A stretch of DNA of 64,000 bases from Lenisia limosa (taxonomy: Eukaryota > Protista > Breviatea): assembly GCA_001655205.1 (NCBI GenBank), contig LPNZ01008239.1:1-64000 (forward strand). The letters are read 5' to 3'. This document shows positions 37,201 to 49,898 of the stretch, one piece after another (positions within the stretch are counted from its first letter, which is position 1; each line of letters starts with the position of its first letter). The notes beneath the pieces were generated by a model that saw only the letters and a list, made by a program, of their open reading frames with translations, made no database searches and was not told the origin of the DNA. A program made the position numbers and the translations under genes.

Positions 37201-39300
37201 TTAGTCAGCTCATCCCCCAGGTTGCCTCGCTCAAAGCTGAGCTTGAATCAACGAAGTCTTCTGCTGGTTTGGACAATTGGGCAGTTATTTTTGAAATGTT
37301 CATGAAACTACGTTAAATGTTTATGATGATGTTATTGATATGATGCTCTGATAGGATCTACTATGTCATACATACCATATCATATGATATATTATGATAT
37401 CAGTTCTGTGCAGATGGTATAATATTGAAATACCCTATTTAATGGTATGTATAGAAGCCGCCACTCAAAAAGCCTCTTCAAATGGTGCTGCTGCTGATGA
37501 AGATAAACAACTGGTACGGGAAGAGCTGTACAATACACACAGGCTTGAATTTTCCCAAAGCTGTTATGACCTCATTTTTCTCACTATTATTTGCAGTTGG
37601 AAGCAGAAGTGGCACAATTGAAGCAGGCACTGGAGGAAGAAAAGGCCAAAACTACAAGTCAAGCCCAAGAGAACGACGAACTGAAGAAGGTTAGTTCCTA
37701 AATACTTTCAAAAAGCAACATTCACAAAAGGCTAACTCTATTTAGGAGGCAGCAGCTCACGACAACGCCCAAGCCAAGACCCAAGGTAGCTGGCAACTAT
37801 CACCTTCGCACTGCACTTTTTTGGCTATCTTCAAAATAGCTTATCAAACCGGTCAATAGCTCCATCATAGTACATAGTATTATATGATATACTATATGAT
37901 ATACTATACTACTATATGATATATATTGTCAGATGATCTACTAGATTATATCGATATCATATGATATTATTATAATATACTACGTATGATATAATATGAC
38001 ATGAGAGGTTATGGGGAAAACTTGCTTCGGTAAACTTGGTCATAACAAGGGAAGTCTCGATTACAATAAGGGGGTTTTGAAGCACTGAGAGAAGATGTGA
38101 CGAATATCATCTCTACAGCTCATGAATAGCTTTCCTGTATCAGGACATCTACTCTCCTCTTTTTTTTAAGTTTTGTACATATGATATGTATCCAATATCA
38201 CAACATTGTATCTAAATAGACCAGAGTTGGTGAGGAAATTATCACAANNNNNNNNNNNNNNNNNNNNNNNNNNNNNNNNNNNNNNNNNNNNNNNNNNNNN
38301 NNNNNNNNNNNNNNNNNNNNNNNNNNNNNNNNNNNNNNNNNNNNNNNNNNNNNNNNTAATATGTATTCAACTCTACTTTTTACTTTGCTCCGTCCCCCCC
38401 TCTCTTACACTAAAGCTGCTGAAGATCGGGCTATCAAGGCGGAGAAGAGGGTTACTGAGCTAGAGAATGAACTCAAGGAAGCTAAGAAGGCAAAGGGTAG
38501 GCAGAGAATTATGCCCACAATGGTGCTTATCACTTCGCAGCTCCAGCGCCAGCAAAACCTGCCTCAACTAAACCTGCCCCGGCGAAGGCTCAGTCCAAGC
38601 CCGCTCCAGCCCAGGGTAAGCGCAGACATTACTTGCAATCTTTTACGTTTTTATTTGTTGTTATTTGAAAACCTTAAATTTCAGCTCCGAAGCCTACCCC
38701 TGCTCCTGCTAAAGGTTGGTATCGCCATTGTCGTCGTGTTCCTTATTAAAAAGGAGATCATACGTTTGAAATGATAGTATTTTGAAAAGTAATATATGAT
38801 ATACTATACTATAGTCATTTCATATATGCATATGGATATGATATGATATAGTATATAATATAGTATATCTAATAATTATCATATACTATGATATAATATT
38901 ACATTCAATATTATAGTAAAACATATCACATGTACATGTGTGCTTATTGAGCGTTTTACTCTCTTCCTTTTAAATGACCGTCCTTTAGCTCCCGCGCGCC
39001 CCGCTGAGCCAGTTCGTTCCAATTCTCCCCAGAAGTCTGAAACACCGGCTAAGAATGAGCAGTTCCTTTCTGGTGGGTGAACTTGGACCTCTCTCGATTC
39101 TTTCTCAACCCAGTGTATAAGTTGGAGTTACTTTTACTTGCAGTTCGTGAGCTTCTCGCCCGGGGCCGTTTTGAAAAGAAGGAAGAGGATAGCCTTCCTA
39201 AGCGTAAGGGGCTTTGCTGTTATGGATTCGCTGTAACATCATATCTCATAACCTGACAGGTCCCCCTCCCCCTCGTAAAGAGTTCCGTGGAAATTATTAA
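34236..39300 (+). CDS. Adaptor with three SH3 domains, a coiled coil and a Pro/Ala/Lys-rich tail
   Basis: SH3-1 VVAKHRFEAQEDSDLPFVKGDHILV..W..GTLNGKSGQIPMNYVE; SH3-2 LRALYDFDVQEDDDLGFSEGQIIEV..GDWWTGKVDGKEGKFPS; SH3-3 VTKDYEG..DELSMTKGDEAQIL..GDWLMLTFKGREGLFPTTHI. Heptad-rich exons 36300-38500; PAKPAP-type tail; stop TAA at 39298-39300. Confidence 0.85.
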
Positions 39301-39517
39301 TTTTGACTTTTTTGGGGTTTTTGTTGTTGTGTAATATGTATTTAATGGGTGTGGAAACTGGGGAAAGAAAATTAACTCCATTGTGACAAAGACTTAAAAA
39401 TAGATCTAGATACCTGATGGGTTTGGTGAAGCCCTACATTCCAATGACGCTCATCTAAATGGTCAATTGGCAATTCATTTTAACAGAAAAGCTAAGATAA
39501 AGTGAAGCCAGCTTTCT

Positions 39518-42500
39518 TTACCACCAAACCTTAGACGTAGCAGCATTACGTTTTGTCTGCTCAAGCTCAACCTCCTTGAACATGGCCTTGGTTTGCTTCT
39601 TACGGCTTCGCGCTTCCTATGAAAATTAGACCACAAATTACATAAAGACCCCTACCCTCTTTTCAGCCTTAAGCTGAGCCTTTCTCTCCTTTTTGTCGCT
39701 TTTGTCTTCCTTCTTTTCTCTCTTCTCTCCTTTATTGACAATTCTGGGGAGGGGTAAAATGAATAAGTGACACAGAATTGTCCAAAAAAAAAACTCAAAA
39801 TCCACACACAGCCAAAGTTCATCAAGTGACACAAATAACATCAAAGCCCTACATTAGGTCGTCGTCAAGCTCATCAAGATCAGATTCGGACTCCGATTCC
39901 TCCTTCACTCTTCAATAGTTAAAAAGTGCATTGCCAAAGCTGACAACATGCTACCGTAACAATTCATTCTCCCCTCTCACGTTCTGCCGTAGCCTACTGG
40001 AACACCTTGTTTGTCCAGTTCAATCTTCTTGCGGGGTTTTCTAGTTCATTGTAAGTCTCGTCGAAAGGGTGGAATATGAACCTTGCAACATGCCAAATAC
40101 AAACCAACCTGGTGTCAATAATGCGAGGGTGATTCTCAGTGTTGGTGTAGGTAGTGATAATCGTCTCACAGTCCCATTGCTGACCTTGATTTTGTGGAAT
40201 ATTATCCTAAATTGCCAGATTAATCTGATTATAATATAACATAATATGATGGCGGTATGATTTTTTAATTAACTATTTCAGGATGTTCAGAGGGACGGAC
40301 GAGGATTTGATGAAAAAACAATCATGACTATACAAGAGGGCTGCGACGGGTAGATATGAGCAATCATACACCGGAAGATTGGAAACGTCATTTTTTACAG
40401 TGATATTGGTCCAATATTGTCATTCAAATGAAAGTCCTCAAACTTTATCACATGACATTTGCCATATTCGGGCTTCATATACATACGTCATATTTTTTTC
40501 CTTTGACGTGTCACCAAAGTTTCCTTTCTTTCCCCCTCCCNNNNNNNNNNNNNNNNNNNNNNNNNNNNNNNNNNNNNNNNNNNNNNNNNNNNNNNNNNNN
40601 NNNNNNNNNNNNNNNNNNNNNNNNNNNNNNNNNATTTATTTGAAAATTTGGTTTTGAAAAAAATATGACGCATTTCTCAAAAAAAAGACATTTCCAATTG
40701 CCCTTGGGTATATGATACAAAAAAAACAGTTATTTAATACTAAAACGATGATAACTTCAACATTTCGTATTATTTATGCTGTAGACAATCGATAAAAACG
40801 TCAATTTTTTATGAAAAGGATCATCACATCCACACCTTGAGAGGGTCATACCAAACAGTCTTTTTCTTCATACGTGCAGCTGGGGCACTTGCCTAAAGAG
40901 TAAGGGAATATTTCAAATAACAACTGAGAGTTTTCAAAATCAAAAGAAAACGGGGACCCCTCACCTGAGCCAGAGCAGCGAAAGTTAATTTGGGAGCTTC
41001 TGTTTTCTCTGTAACTGATTCTGGTACTGCCTGCGCTTCAGCTTCCTTTAGTTGCTGAAAGGTCAATCTCCAGTTTGAAAAAATATAATAGTAAGTAGTT
41101 CCTAACCCCCACTTTTTCTTTTTTAAGCTGCTCGCGCCTCAGGGCCTTTTCTTCCTCCTTCTTGTTCAATCGCTCAATCTTAGACTGTGAAAACTAAATT
41201 CAAAGTTGAAAGATTTCAAAGGCAAGATAAAACTGTGAATTAAAACGGCCCTTGTACTCTGGCGATTTCTCTGTGTGCCGTTTCCCGAGTGAAGTCATCC
41301 ATTTGTGCTTCATATGTTCCCTTCTTGTTTTGTTCGTCCTAGACAATTAGAAATGAAACCCAAAATGTAATTTTTGGATAACAAATGCTGTCATTATTTA
41401 CCTCCCTTCCATAAAAAATATCACACTGTGGTTCACAATATCGACGGCTCTCTGGCACCGCCCACTGAGAGATACTGGTCAAACACGTGGTCAAAAGCAG
41501 ACATATCCTTGGTGGTTCCTGCAGTGATTCTTTCGTCACTCTGTGCAATGAGGCATGAATCACGTTCACATTAACAAATCAAACAACTTACCTCGCTGAG
41601 ATACCCGATATCCTCATCTCTGTATTCATTCTCGAGAAGTTCGTCAAATTCATCATTCATTGTCTGTTCAAACTCATTTGTTCTTGAGACGTCCCTTGAA
41701 TCTCCGAGTGCAAGAGCCTGTTGAGTCAGAAGAGAAAAATAATAGTGGTCCATACCTTATGGAAGTTCATTCCAGCACCACCCAAGAATGGCGCAGCCGC
41801 CATCAGAGCGTCAATGTCCACTTCCTCCTCTTCAACTGGAATAGTTGAACAGTGGAACTTAGTAAAGGATGAATGATGTGGCATAAACTAAATACTATGT
41901 GTAATAATTAGGGCTTCCTTATGATCCAAAAAAAGACTGAATTTTTCGATCAATCCTCGAAAAATATCAATATATTACCTTTCTTTTTTTCCGACCAAAG
42001 GGAAGCCCTAGTAATAACATTTTGATGTTACAATAAAACAGGATTGTCAATCCAAACAGGGACCGCACCAATTGTAGGGGTGGAAAAGAGTTAATAGTAG
42101 TACGAACTAAAACACCAAATAGATCACAAAAACTGACATAGTACCACACAAAACTCCATTGGTTTGAAGATATTGGCTTACCTTCCTCTACCATATCCGA
42201 GTATTCTGATCCACTGTCTTCTCCATCTCCATCACTAAAAAAATGTTATTTTGCAGTTGACTTAATCGAAATAATAAAGGGATATACAGTCTCAAGAACA
42301 AACAAAATACATCCAAATTATACCTGAACATATCATCATCATCAATATCTTCCCATTCGTCGTCATTGTCATCCTCCTGATCTTGGCCTTCAACTAAACC
42401 ATGATAGACTGAAATATCGAAAATGTATTGATGCAAAGCCGAATTGAGCAAAAACATACCCTTCTTTCTGCCATTTGCAAGGGTCATAAATTCATCATCC

Positions 42501-44259
42501 AACTAAAACAAGAGTCAGAAAACGAAAACCATTATTAATTGAAGGATCCCTCAACTATCAGGATGTTGGAACCCTACATATAAACAGGTAAAGTAACTAA
42601 CTGGGTGGAAACAGATGTCAAGGTTCTCTATTTTAAAGCTATATCAACGTGAAATACAAATGACTATATCATATAAACCTTAAAAAATACAGTTAGTCTA
42701 CTGCTCAATTTCTTATAACCTCCCGCCATCACATTCTGTCTGCTGGTCGATGCAATGACCAACTTTACGGTTCAAATGACGAAAAAAACAAGCGGCTCTT
42801 CAAAATAATCACGTTTTTCAAACATGTTTTAACCCTCATACATCATCTTCTACCATCTGCTCATCAGCTAGCATGTCAACCCGGTGGAACTCATTTTCAA
42901 TGTCAATATCCAGACCGTCTCCATACTCCGCTGAATGCACGATGGTTGGATCGTCATCTGAGATTGTGGGACTGCATATTCAACAATTCAACTACAACCA
43001 CCAGCAGCATACCTTTAGAACCAGGAAGAAGATGGGGAGGAAGCTTCTCAAGTAAAGCTTGAGGAATCTCACTGAGTCCCTTTTTACGAAGATCTACCAC
43101 GCCAATATCAACATCCTAAATACCATCAAACAAGAAAACTGTACAGGAAAGGGAAAAAACAAAAGATATTGATAAAAGATTTTTAAAAATCATCATGCTG
43201 CCCACCTCCTTCTTGACCTTTTTCAATCCAAGAGCCTCCACAAAGTGCCCTGTACCCATCTGCTTCATATGCTTGCTGCAAGATGAGGGTTGTGAACGGA
43301 GGTTTAAGAATAGAGGAATGGAAAACCTGATAAAAAGGAGTATACCTGTAGTCATAGCCATCGTCTGGCACTCCATGATCGAGGAGCTCAGCGGCTGTTA
43401 ACTTCTTGTTATCCTAATAGATGTAACCATGTTGACAAGGCAGTTACCAAATGCCATTTCCCAACCTTCTCTTTTTGCTTTTCGTTCTGAATAGTTCCAC
43501 CAGTCGGAAACTCCTCTGATAAAAATAAGCAAATAATAATAAATGACAATTGCCAAAAAACAATTCCAAATCCCAAGTCAAAAAAAGAGAGTGAACTGGA
43601 GTTCACATCCCAATCTGAGGACTTCTCAAAAAACCCAACTCCCTTGTCAGTCCCCTCCTCCATAAGGACGTACATATCTCACCACCTCCAACCACACCAC
43701 ACCACCTTCAAGTATCCCTTGGAACTACCTCCAACCCACACAACCACTATTTTTGACCAAACCACCTTCAACAATGGTCACTAAAAGACCCAGGGAGTAT
43801 CCATTGGGACCGTTTTCAAAGGGAAATAATTTTTGTAGGACGCAACCCATGGGATTATCTATGGGATTTGGGTGGGCGGAAAAGCGGGACGTGGGTCTGC
43901 TCCTCCCAAATCCCATCTGCCAAAATCTCTAATATACTAAAAAAAAAAAATAGTATTTGAAGTGGGGAGTCACACGACAATCACCAAAAGACAGAAACCA
44001 TCATAACATCATAACCATTCATACTCGTTGTCCCCTTGACTGGCATAAGATAGAAGTCGCCATCATCGGAAGGGTCAACAACATAGTCCTCATTGGAAAC
44101 TTTAGACTAAAGTAGAGTGAAAAAGCCCCAGGTAGACGGTTGAGACTTACAGCCTTGTGGACCAAGTGGTAGGTTTGGCCTTGCTTTTTGTCAAAACGCT
44201 TTTTTCTTCCCTACAGATGGATATTAGCAGCCTATTTCCTCAGAGAGACACTGTACCAT
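39518..44259 (-). CDS. LTV1: LTV1, 40S ribosome biogenesis factor
   Basis: M|GRKKRFDKKQGQTYHLVHKA; PDDGYDY..HMKQMGTG; NDEFDELLENEYRDEDIGYL; QWDCETIITTYTNTENHPRII; C-terminal KKERKAQLKAEKR..EAKKQTKAMFK. The first exon is the ATG alone (44257-44259). Confidence 0.92.
41909..42010. mobile_element. hAT-type MITE, copy 3 (102 bp), in an LTV1 intron, inverted relative to copies 1-2
   Basis: TAGGGCTTCC...AAAAAAAGACTGAATTTTTCGATCAATCCTCGAAAAATATC...GGGAAGCCCTA. TSD GTAATAAT (41901-41908) / GTAATAAC (42011-42018). Confidence 0.85.
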
Positions 44260-44550
44260 ATTGAAAAAGACTTTAGCTGCTACTGATCGACAAACTTGGC
44301 GTGATAACCGCTGACCAACTGTCTAAACTCCACTAAAACGCAGCTACAACGTGACTAAACACCTATAAACACCTAACCAAAACACCAGAACTTGCACCGG
44401 GCAACTTGGCAACACTTGGGTGCCTTTTGGGGTTTTGGGGGGATATTACATACTCTACTACCCCATGGTTCAGTTTATTATATGCAGTTTTTTTTTTTCG
44501 CTTTTACTCGCTTCAGGTTGTTTGCAGGCTGTTCTCACACTGCAGCAATA
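44260..44550. promoter_or_regulatory. Putative bidirectional promoter, LTV1 / LIS1
   Basis: 291 bp between two confidently placed divergent ATGs. Contains GATAACCGCT. Confidence 0.6.
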
Positions 44551-47500
44551 ATGGGGCTTACTCCCAAACAAAAGGAAGACCTCAACAAGGCGATTGTTGA
44601 GTACCTGCTCATTTCAGGGCATAAGGTTTGCTCAAGTACTTCTACTTTATTTCTATTTCTTTTACGTGTGAGCTTTTGTATTAATTTGTGGCTAACTGGC
44701 GATGTCCTAGATTAATGCGATCGGTCGTATCTGGCTCATGTGTGGAGAGACAATGAATCAGAGAAACCCTCCCCACAGCTTTTTTAGTTTTTATTTTACA
44801 ATTCAAGGATTGTGCGAAAGCGGTTGCTGAGGAAACTGGTGCTGAAATCCAATCAAGTTTGCCTCGGGCTGGAATTCTAGAAAGAAAATGGACCTCTGTC
44901 GTACGTTTGTCGAAAAAAGTATGTGGGGAGTGTTGTGGCTGTAATCACACTCTATGTTTTGAACCTTGTTATGTATCTTATGTTTAAAAGAGTCACCCCT
45001 CAGAATCTTGAGCTTGAAGCTGAAGTCCAACGCCTCTCTGAACAGCTTGCCTCAGCACCAAAACCAAGGTGAATTTGATAAGGATTTTTCTTTGCTTTGG
45101 TTCAAAAAAGGGAAAATGAAAGCTTTTCTTTGCATTCACTCATTTAGGGCAAAAATTACCACTCTTGGCCTCCCATCACCTCCTTCAAAGTTAGCACAAT
45201 AAGGCTATCATTCATTTTTCAATCCCCATAATTTAATGACTTCTTAATGAAATTTATTTACTTCAATGTAGAACTACAATGACAGGACATCGCTTTGCCC
45301 TAACTTCCGTTGATATTCATCCAGGTTGGGGCTGAAACAATTGGGATGTCCCTCTGTGATTTGGGACCAGTGCAGTTTGTATTGTTCCCCTTTTTATTAC
45401 TCTAAAATAGTTTTTCCTATGATTGCCACTGCTGCTGAAGGGTCGGAAATCAAGATATGGGATGGAGATACCGGAGAACTTGAGAGGACTTTAAAGGTAT
45501 GAGAGTTTTTCATAATCGCTTAAGAAAAAGACTGATATTGTATTGTTTTATCAAGAAAATTTATTGTGGGATAAGTGAAACCTTCGTAACACAACTGATC
45601 TTCAAAATATGTATATGATGATATACTATATGTATACTATATATTATATATATCATATCATAGTATATATATAATAGTATATGATATACATATGATATAA
45701 TATTACATATACTATATACAGTATATTGTTTCACCATCGTTAATCTCTCCTACCTACAGCACTGTTGCCATATTTACCTTTAAGTCGCATATGAACACAG
45801 TTAATGGGTTGGCGTTCTCTCCACAAGGTTCAGTCCTGGCATCTTGCTCAACGGATCTCACTGTAAAGGTTTGCTGATGAACTACCTTGTGTATTATAAT
45901 GTTGATCTTTATTGCTTTCGGGTGGGTGTTATGTAAAAGACTATTCACATATGATGTTGAAAAATGACACTGTATATCATGGAAACTACACTGTATTAGA
46001 TGGTATTAAATGCTATGTCACATTAATTTCAGCACTATCATTCACCATATTGATTATTGAAGCTATATCATTATTATATTGTAGCTTTGGTCCACAGAGA
46101 CATTTGATAACTTTAAAACGCTCCGAGGGCACAGTCATACCATCTCCGCAGTTGCTTTCAGTCCTTCAGGTATGATCGCAATTTTGGTTCAATAATGCAG
46201 TCAGTCTAGTTCGCTTAGCCCCACAACTTAATTTAACGTTTTTTTAGGGGGGGGAGGGGAGAGAATAATCAATTCAGAGATTTGATTTGTGTTTTCAAAA
46301 CCCTGTGTATGTCTTCGATGTGTGGTCAAAATGTTACCATTTTTTCCCTCACCCATTAGGTGATTATATTTTGTCGGCATCACGTGATGGAACCGTGCGG
46401 ATTTGGGATATTTCCACTGGCCAATGCCCAAAGACACTTTATCACCCCCAGGTTGGTTGCTCAATAATGCCTTTTGAGTTTTGATACTTTTCAACAGACA
46501 ATCTAAAAAGATGACGGAATGTAGACTTATTGACAATTAATTCAAGCATATATTTAGTTTTTCCGTTTTGGGAAAATTATTATGTAGACCCCCGAAACTG
46601 TTTGGATCCGCGCGTTGGATATTATGTCTCTTGCCCAGGAACAGGTAATTATATCAAGTGGTTTAACATTGATGTTGTGAATTGAGTGGCTAATATTAAT
46701 CCTTGTAGGAGTCAGCAGATAGCTCTGTGATTGTGGCCACTGCTGGAAGCGACCATCATGCAAGGATCTGGGAAGGATCTGTTAGTACTCTCTCTTCTCA
46801 GCCAATCATTCTTGCTGGTGAGGGTTGCTTTACTGTACTTAATGTTTATTTATTAATTATTGGTTTTGGGAAGTCTCTGGCTCCTTTTTCACCTTTATAG
46901 GACATTCTCACGTTATTGAAGATATTTGCCTGTCTCCAAAAGTGAGCGCCATTTTGTCGGATGCATACATGTAGCTATATGTTCAGTAAATGTAACTATA
47001 TTTAGTATAGTGTTTTATTTTACTATCTGAACCGTGACTGTGTTTAGACATCATGCGCATTTATGCAAGCAGCCCAAGAAGCCAACCAAAAGGGTGGCCA
47101 AGCAGCAATGTTACAGTAGGAAGGGCCTACATTGTTAAATGATTGGACTTGCGTTTTTGCTTGACATTTTGTTTCACTCAACGCTAACTACCAAGATTGG
47201 CGGCTAACACTACCTCTGAAAATGACCTTAAATTATTCAACTCATCTGAAGCTACTTCAGGTATGCTCGTTCTTCTAAAACCCTCACTATCGCCTGGTCT
47301 TAAGTTTATTTTTCTACAGGCACTTACGTCGCAACGGCTTCGAGAGACAAGACCATCAAAGTCTGGCATGTGCCCAGCAAGGAGTGTGTGTTTACTCTAA
47401 AGGGGCATGACAACTGGGTTCGAGCCCTGGCGTGGCACCCTTGTAGGTGGATTTCTGCTTGCATTCTTAGCAAATATCCCTGACCCCTTCCAGGTGGCCG

Positions 47501-47821
47501 TTATTTGATATCTTCAAGTGATGACCGAACTATCCGCTGTTGGGATCTTCTTGCTGGTGGAAAAATGGTTAGTTTTTGTCTTCTTGTTGTTATTTGACAT
47601 TTTAGATCCGAGTAATTCGAGATGCACACAACCATTTTATCTCAGGAATGGCTCTGGACAAAAAGGTAGCTGGATATTTGGTACCCTTTGGACTTGGACG
47701 AGACAAAAACGGAAATTACCTTTCCTAAAACACCTCTTTCCCCTATTATCTCACTTCACAGGCTACACTTTTAGCAACCGTGGGAGTGGACAAGGAAGTT
47801 AGATTATGGGAATGTAAATAA
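44551..47821 (+). CDS. PAFAH1B1: LIS1/NudF dynein regulator (LisH, coiled coil, WD40)
   Basis: [19 protein letters not shown] (LisH); [16 protein letters not shown]|NLELEAEV; WD repeats [13 protein letters not shown]|[90 protein letters not shown]. Confidence 0.96.
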
Positions 47822-47921
47822 ATCTACTGTACTATCATATGCATTATATTTATTTTTTTTGTTTTGAAACCCTCCCACCTCTAAAGAAAGAAATATCCTC
47901 ACAATAGTCCCCCATTTAAGA

Positions 47922-49400
47922 TCATGAATCCATTTCACGAGCGATCCACTTAAAAGCCTTTTCAATTCCTGTACCGTCCATCACGCTGCATGACGTACAC
48001 TACTCAATTACTGCATCTCAACCAAAACAATAATCATCAGAATAGTAAACGTCCCTGTCTCGCCACTCCAAAGTTATATGAGAAATGAAAAATAAACAAG
48101 GTTGTATCTGGCCGAAGCCGTNNNNNNNNNNNNNNNNNNNNNNNNNNNNNNNNNNNNNNNNNNNNNNNNNNNNNNNNNNNNNNNNNNNNNNNNNNNNNNN
48201 NNNNNNNNNNNNNNNNNNNNNNNNNNNNNNNNNNNNNNNNNNNNNNNNNNNNNCGATTCAGGAGGTGCCCGAGAGTTAAAATTGCAGACATCAAAGGCTT
48301 TATAGAATAATAATATCTTACATAAATATTGATAAGAGTGTAACTCAATAGTATTATACTACTTAACAATTAATATACTATTCCTCTGTATGTATAGATA
48401 CATATGCATACGTTATTACATAAACGAAAATAAGAATACAGCATACCAAACAAGAGCGATTTGATTCAATTGAAGACACCATCAGGGCTTCATGCACCTT
48501 GTTAATAGGCTGTGATGCCTGGATTCGTTATTCCAAAGATAGGAAGAGGCCAAGACATCATACATCACCCTCGCTAACTTGCAGATCGATCTTGTTTGAT
48601 AAAACCACCACTGGGGCCTTGTCAAGCAAAATATCATTCTAAGGTATCAATTACTAGTATAAGATACATCCAACCAAGAAATAGTACTCAAAATGATGAT
48701 AAGATATGGGCACTTCTCCAACCATCATTCGATGCAGCTCTTCCCTTGCTTCTTCCCATCTTTCAGGATCAGTAGAATCAACCTAGGTAATGAAGGTATT
48801 GTAGCAGTTTATAACACAAAACAGTAATAGAGAAGGTGATAAACAAACCCCAAGTAACAATAACAATTAGTCTCTAGTTACCATAAAAACAATCGCATCA
48901 GCGAAAGAGAAATATTCCCTCCAAATGGCACGAGCATGAGAATGCCCCCCCATGTCGATGGTCGTAAATGTGATACCATCCATTTTCTAAAGTATTAAGA
49001 ACAAGACTGCCAAGATTCATCAAATGATGATCTTCTGTTAGGTTATTTGAAAGTGAAAAGAAAAGAATTTTGAACCCCAATCTAACAATTTCTTGTTGTT
49101 GCGGTCTTTGGGTGGGCAAATAGGCTTCAACCTGCCCAGTCTTTAGCTTATACCTTAAAAAGTCAGGGTGTCCAGCTCATCAAGAACCCTCCAAAGGGTA
49201 CAAATATAAACAAGTTAAATATTCTCCAAGAACCCTCTTACAAAAGTGAAGTTTTCCCTGCATTATCTAATCCTAAAAAGTAAAAGAAGCAAATTATGTC
49301 CACCCTCTAAGTCCTCAAACCAATTAGTAGAATTCGAGCCTGCTTCTCTGCATTGAAAAGAGAGAAAATAGAACTCCAAAACCAGCTGAACCAATTCATA
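47922..49400 (-). CDS. Sar1-like small GTPase, divergent (possible SarB); start codon not located
   Basis: GFWSSIFSLFNAEKQARILLIG|LDNAGKTSLL|YKLKTGQVEAYLPTQRPQQQEI|KMDGITFTTIDMGGHSHARAIWREYFSFADAIVFM|VDSTDPERWEEAREELHRMM..VVVLSNKID..TSCSVMDGTGIEKAFKWIAREMDS*. DxGGH and PTQxP are Sar1 hallmarks. Confidence 0.85.
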
Positions 49401-49898
49401 CTTGGAGAAATTCACTTGCCTTGCTTGACTTACCAGTTACTTACTCCTGCTTATTCAAATACAAGTGCATCAGCGTATAAAATCAGTGTGCAGTATATAT
49501 GTATATAAAATTACCAAAACCCAACCAAAAACAGAGCATACATTTGTAGCATTAATTACATGTCCATTTTTGGCCCTTTTCGCCGCGACCGACAAGCGAC
49601 CCAACAGCGAGCTACCAATCACCAACCAACCGCGAGAACAGCAGCAAGGCAGCAAGACACCAGCCCCAGCCAAATCGCAGCCACACACAGACAGCACGAC
49701 AACAGTAGTGTACCTGCCTTATATTTTGAGCACCAAATTTTAGCGTTATATCGCTTTTAATAAAATCCAATCAGATCCAAAGCATCTCCACAGCGTCGCA
49801 AAGTGTTGTGAAAGGGTGGGAAAAGGGGCTTGGAGTAAGAAGTGAGTGCAGAGACGCTTTTTCCATTTCGTTTTTCACCAACCCAGCCTGTGTTCAAA

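Noticed and set aside
39428-39851. (G)AAGCCCTACAT at 39428 and 39844 as further MITE copies
   Set aside because: Only a single short arm, with no partner TIR, core or TSD. The 39844 site is simply a GTAGGG donor in LTV1.
39518-44259. Initial impression of NOP14
   Set aside because: The WDCET..TY.N.ENHP, DDGYDY and HLVH motifs identify LTV1.
44576-47760. A general introner family generating the many short introns
   Set aside because: Ordinary introns in LIS1, STRAP and RABL2 share no sequence beyond splice signals and have no TSD/TIR structure.
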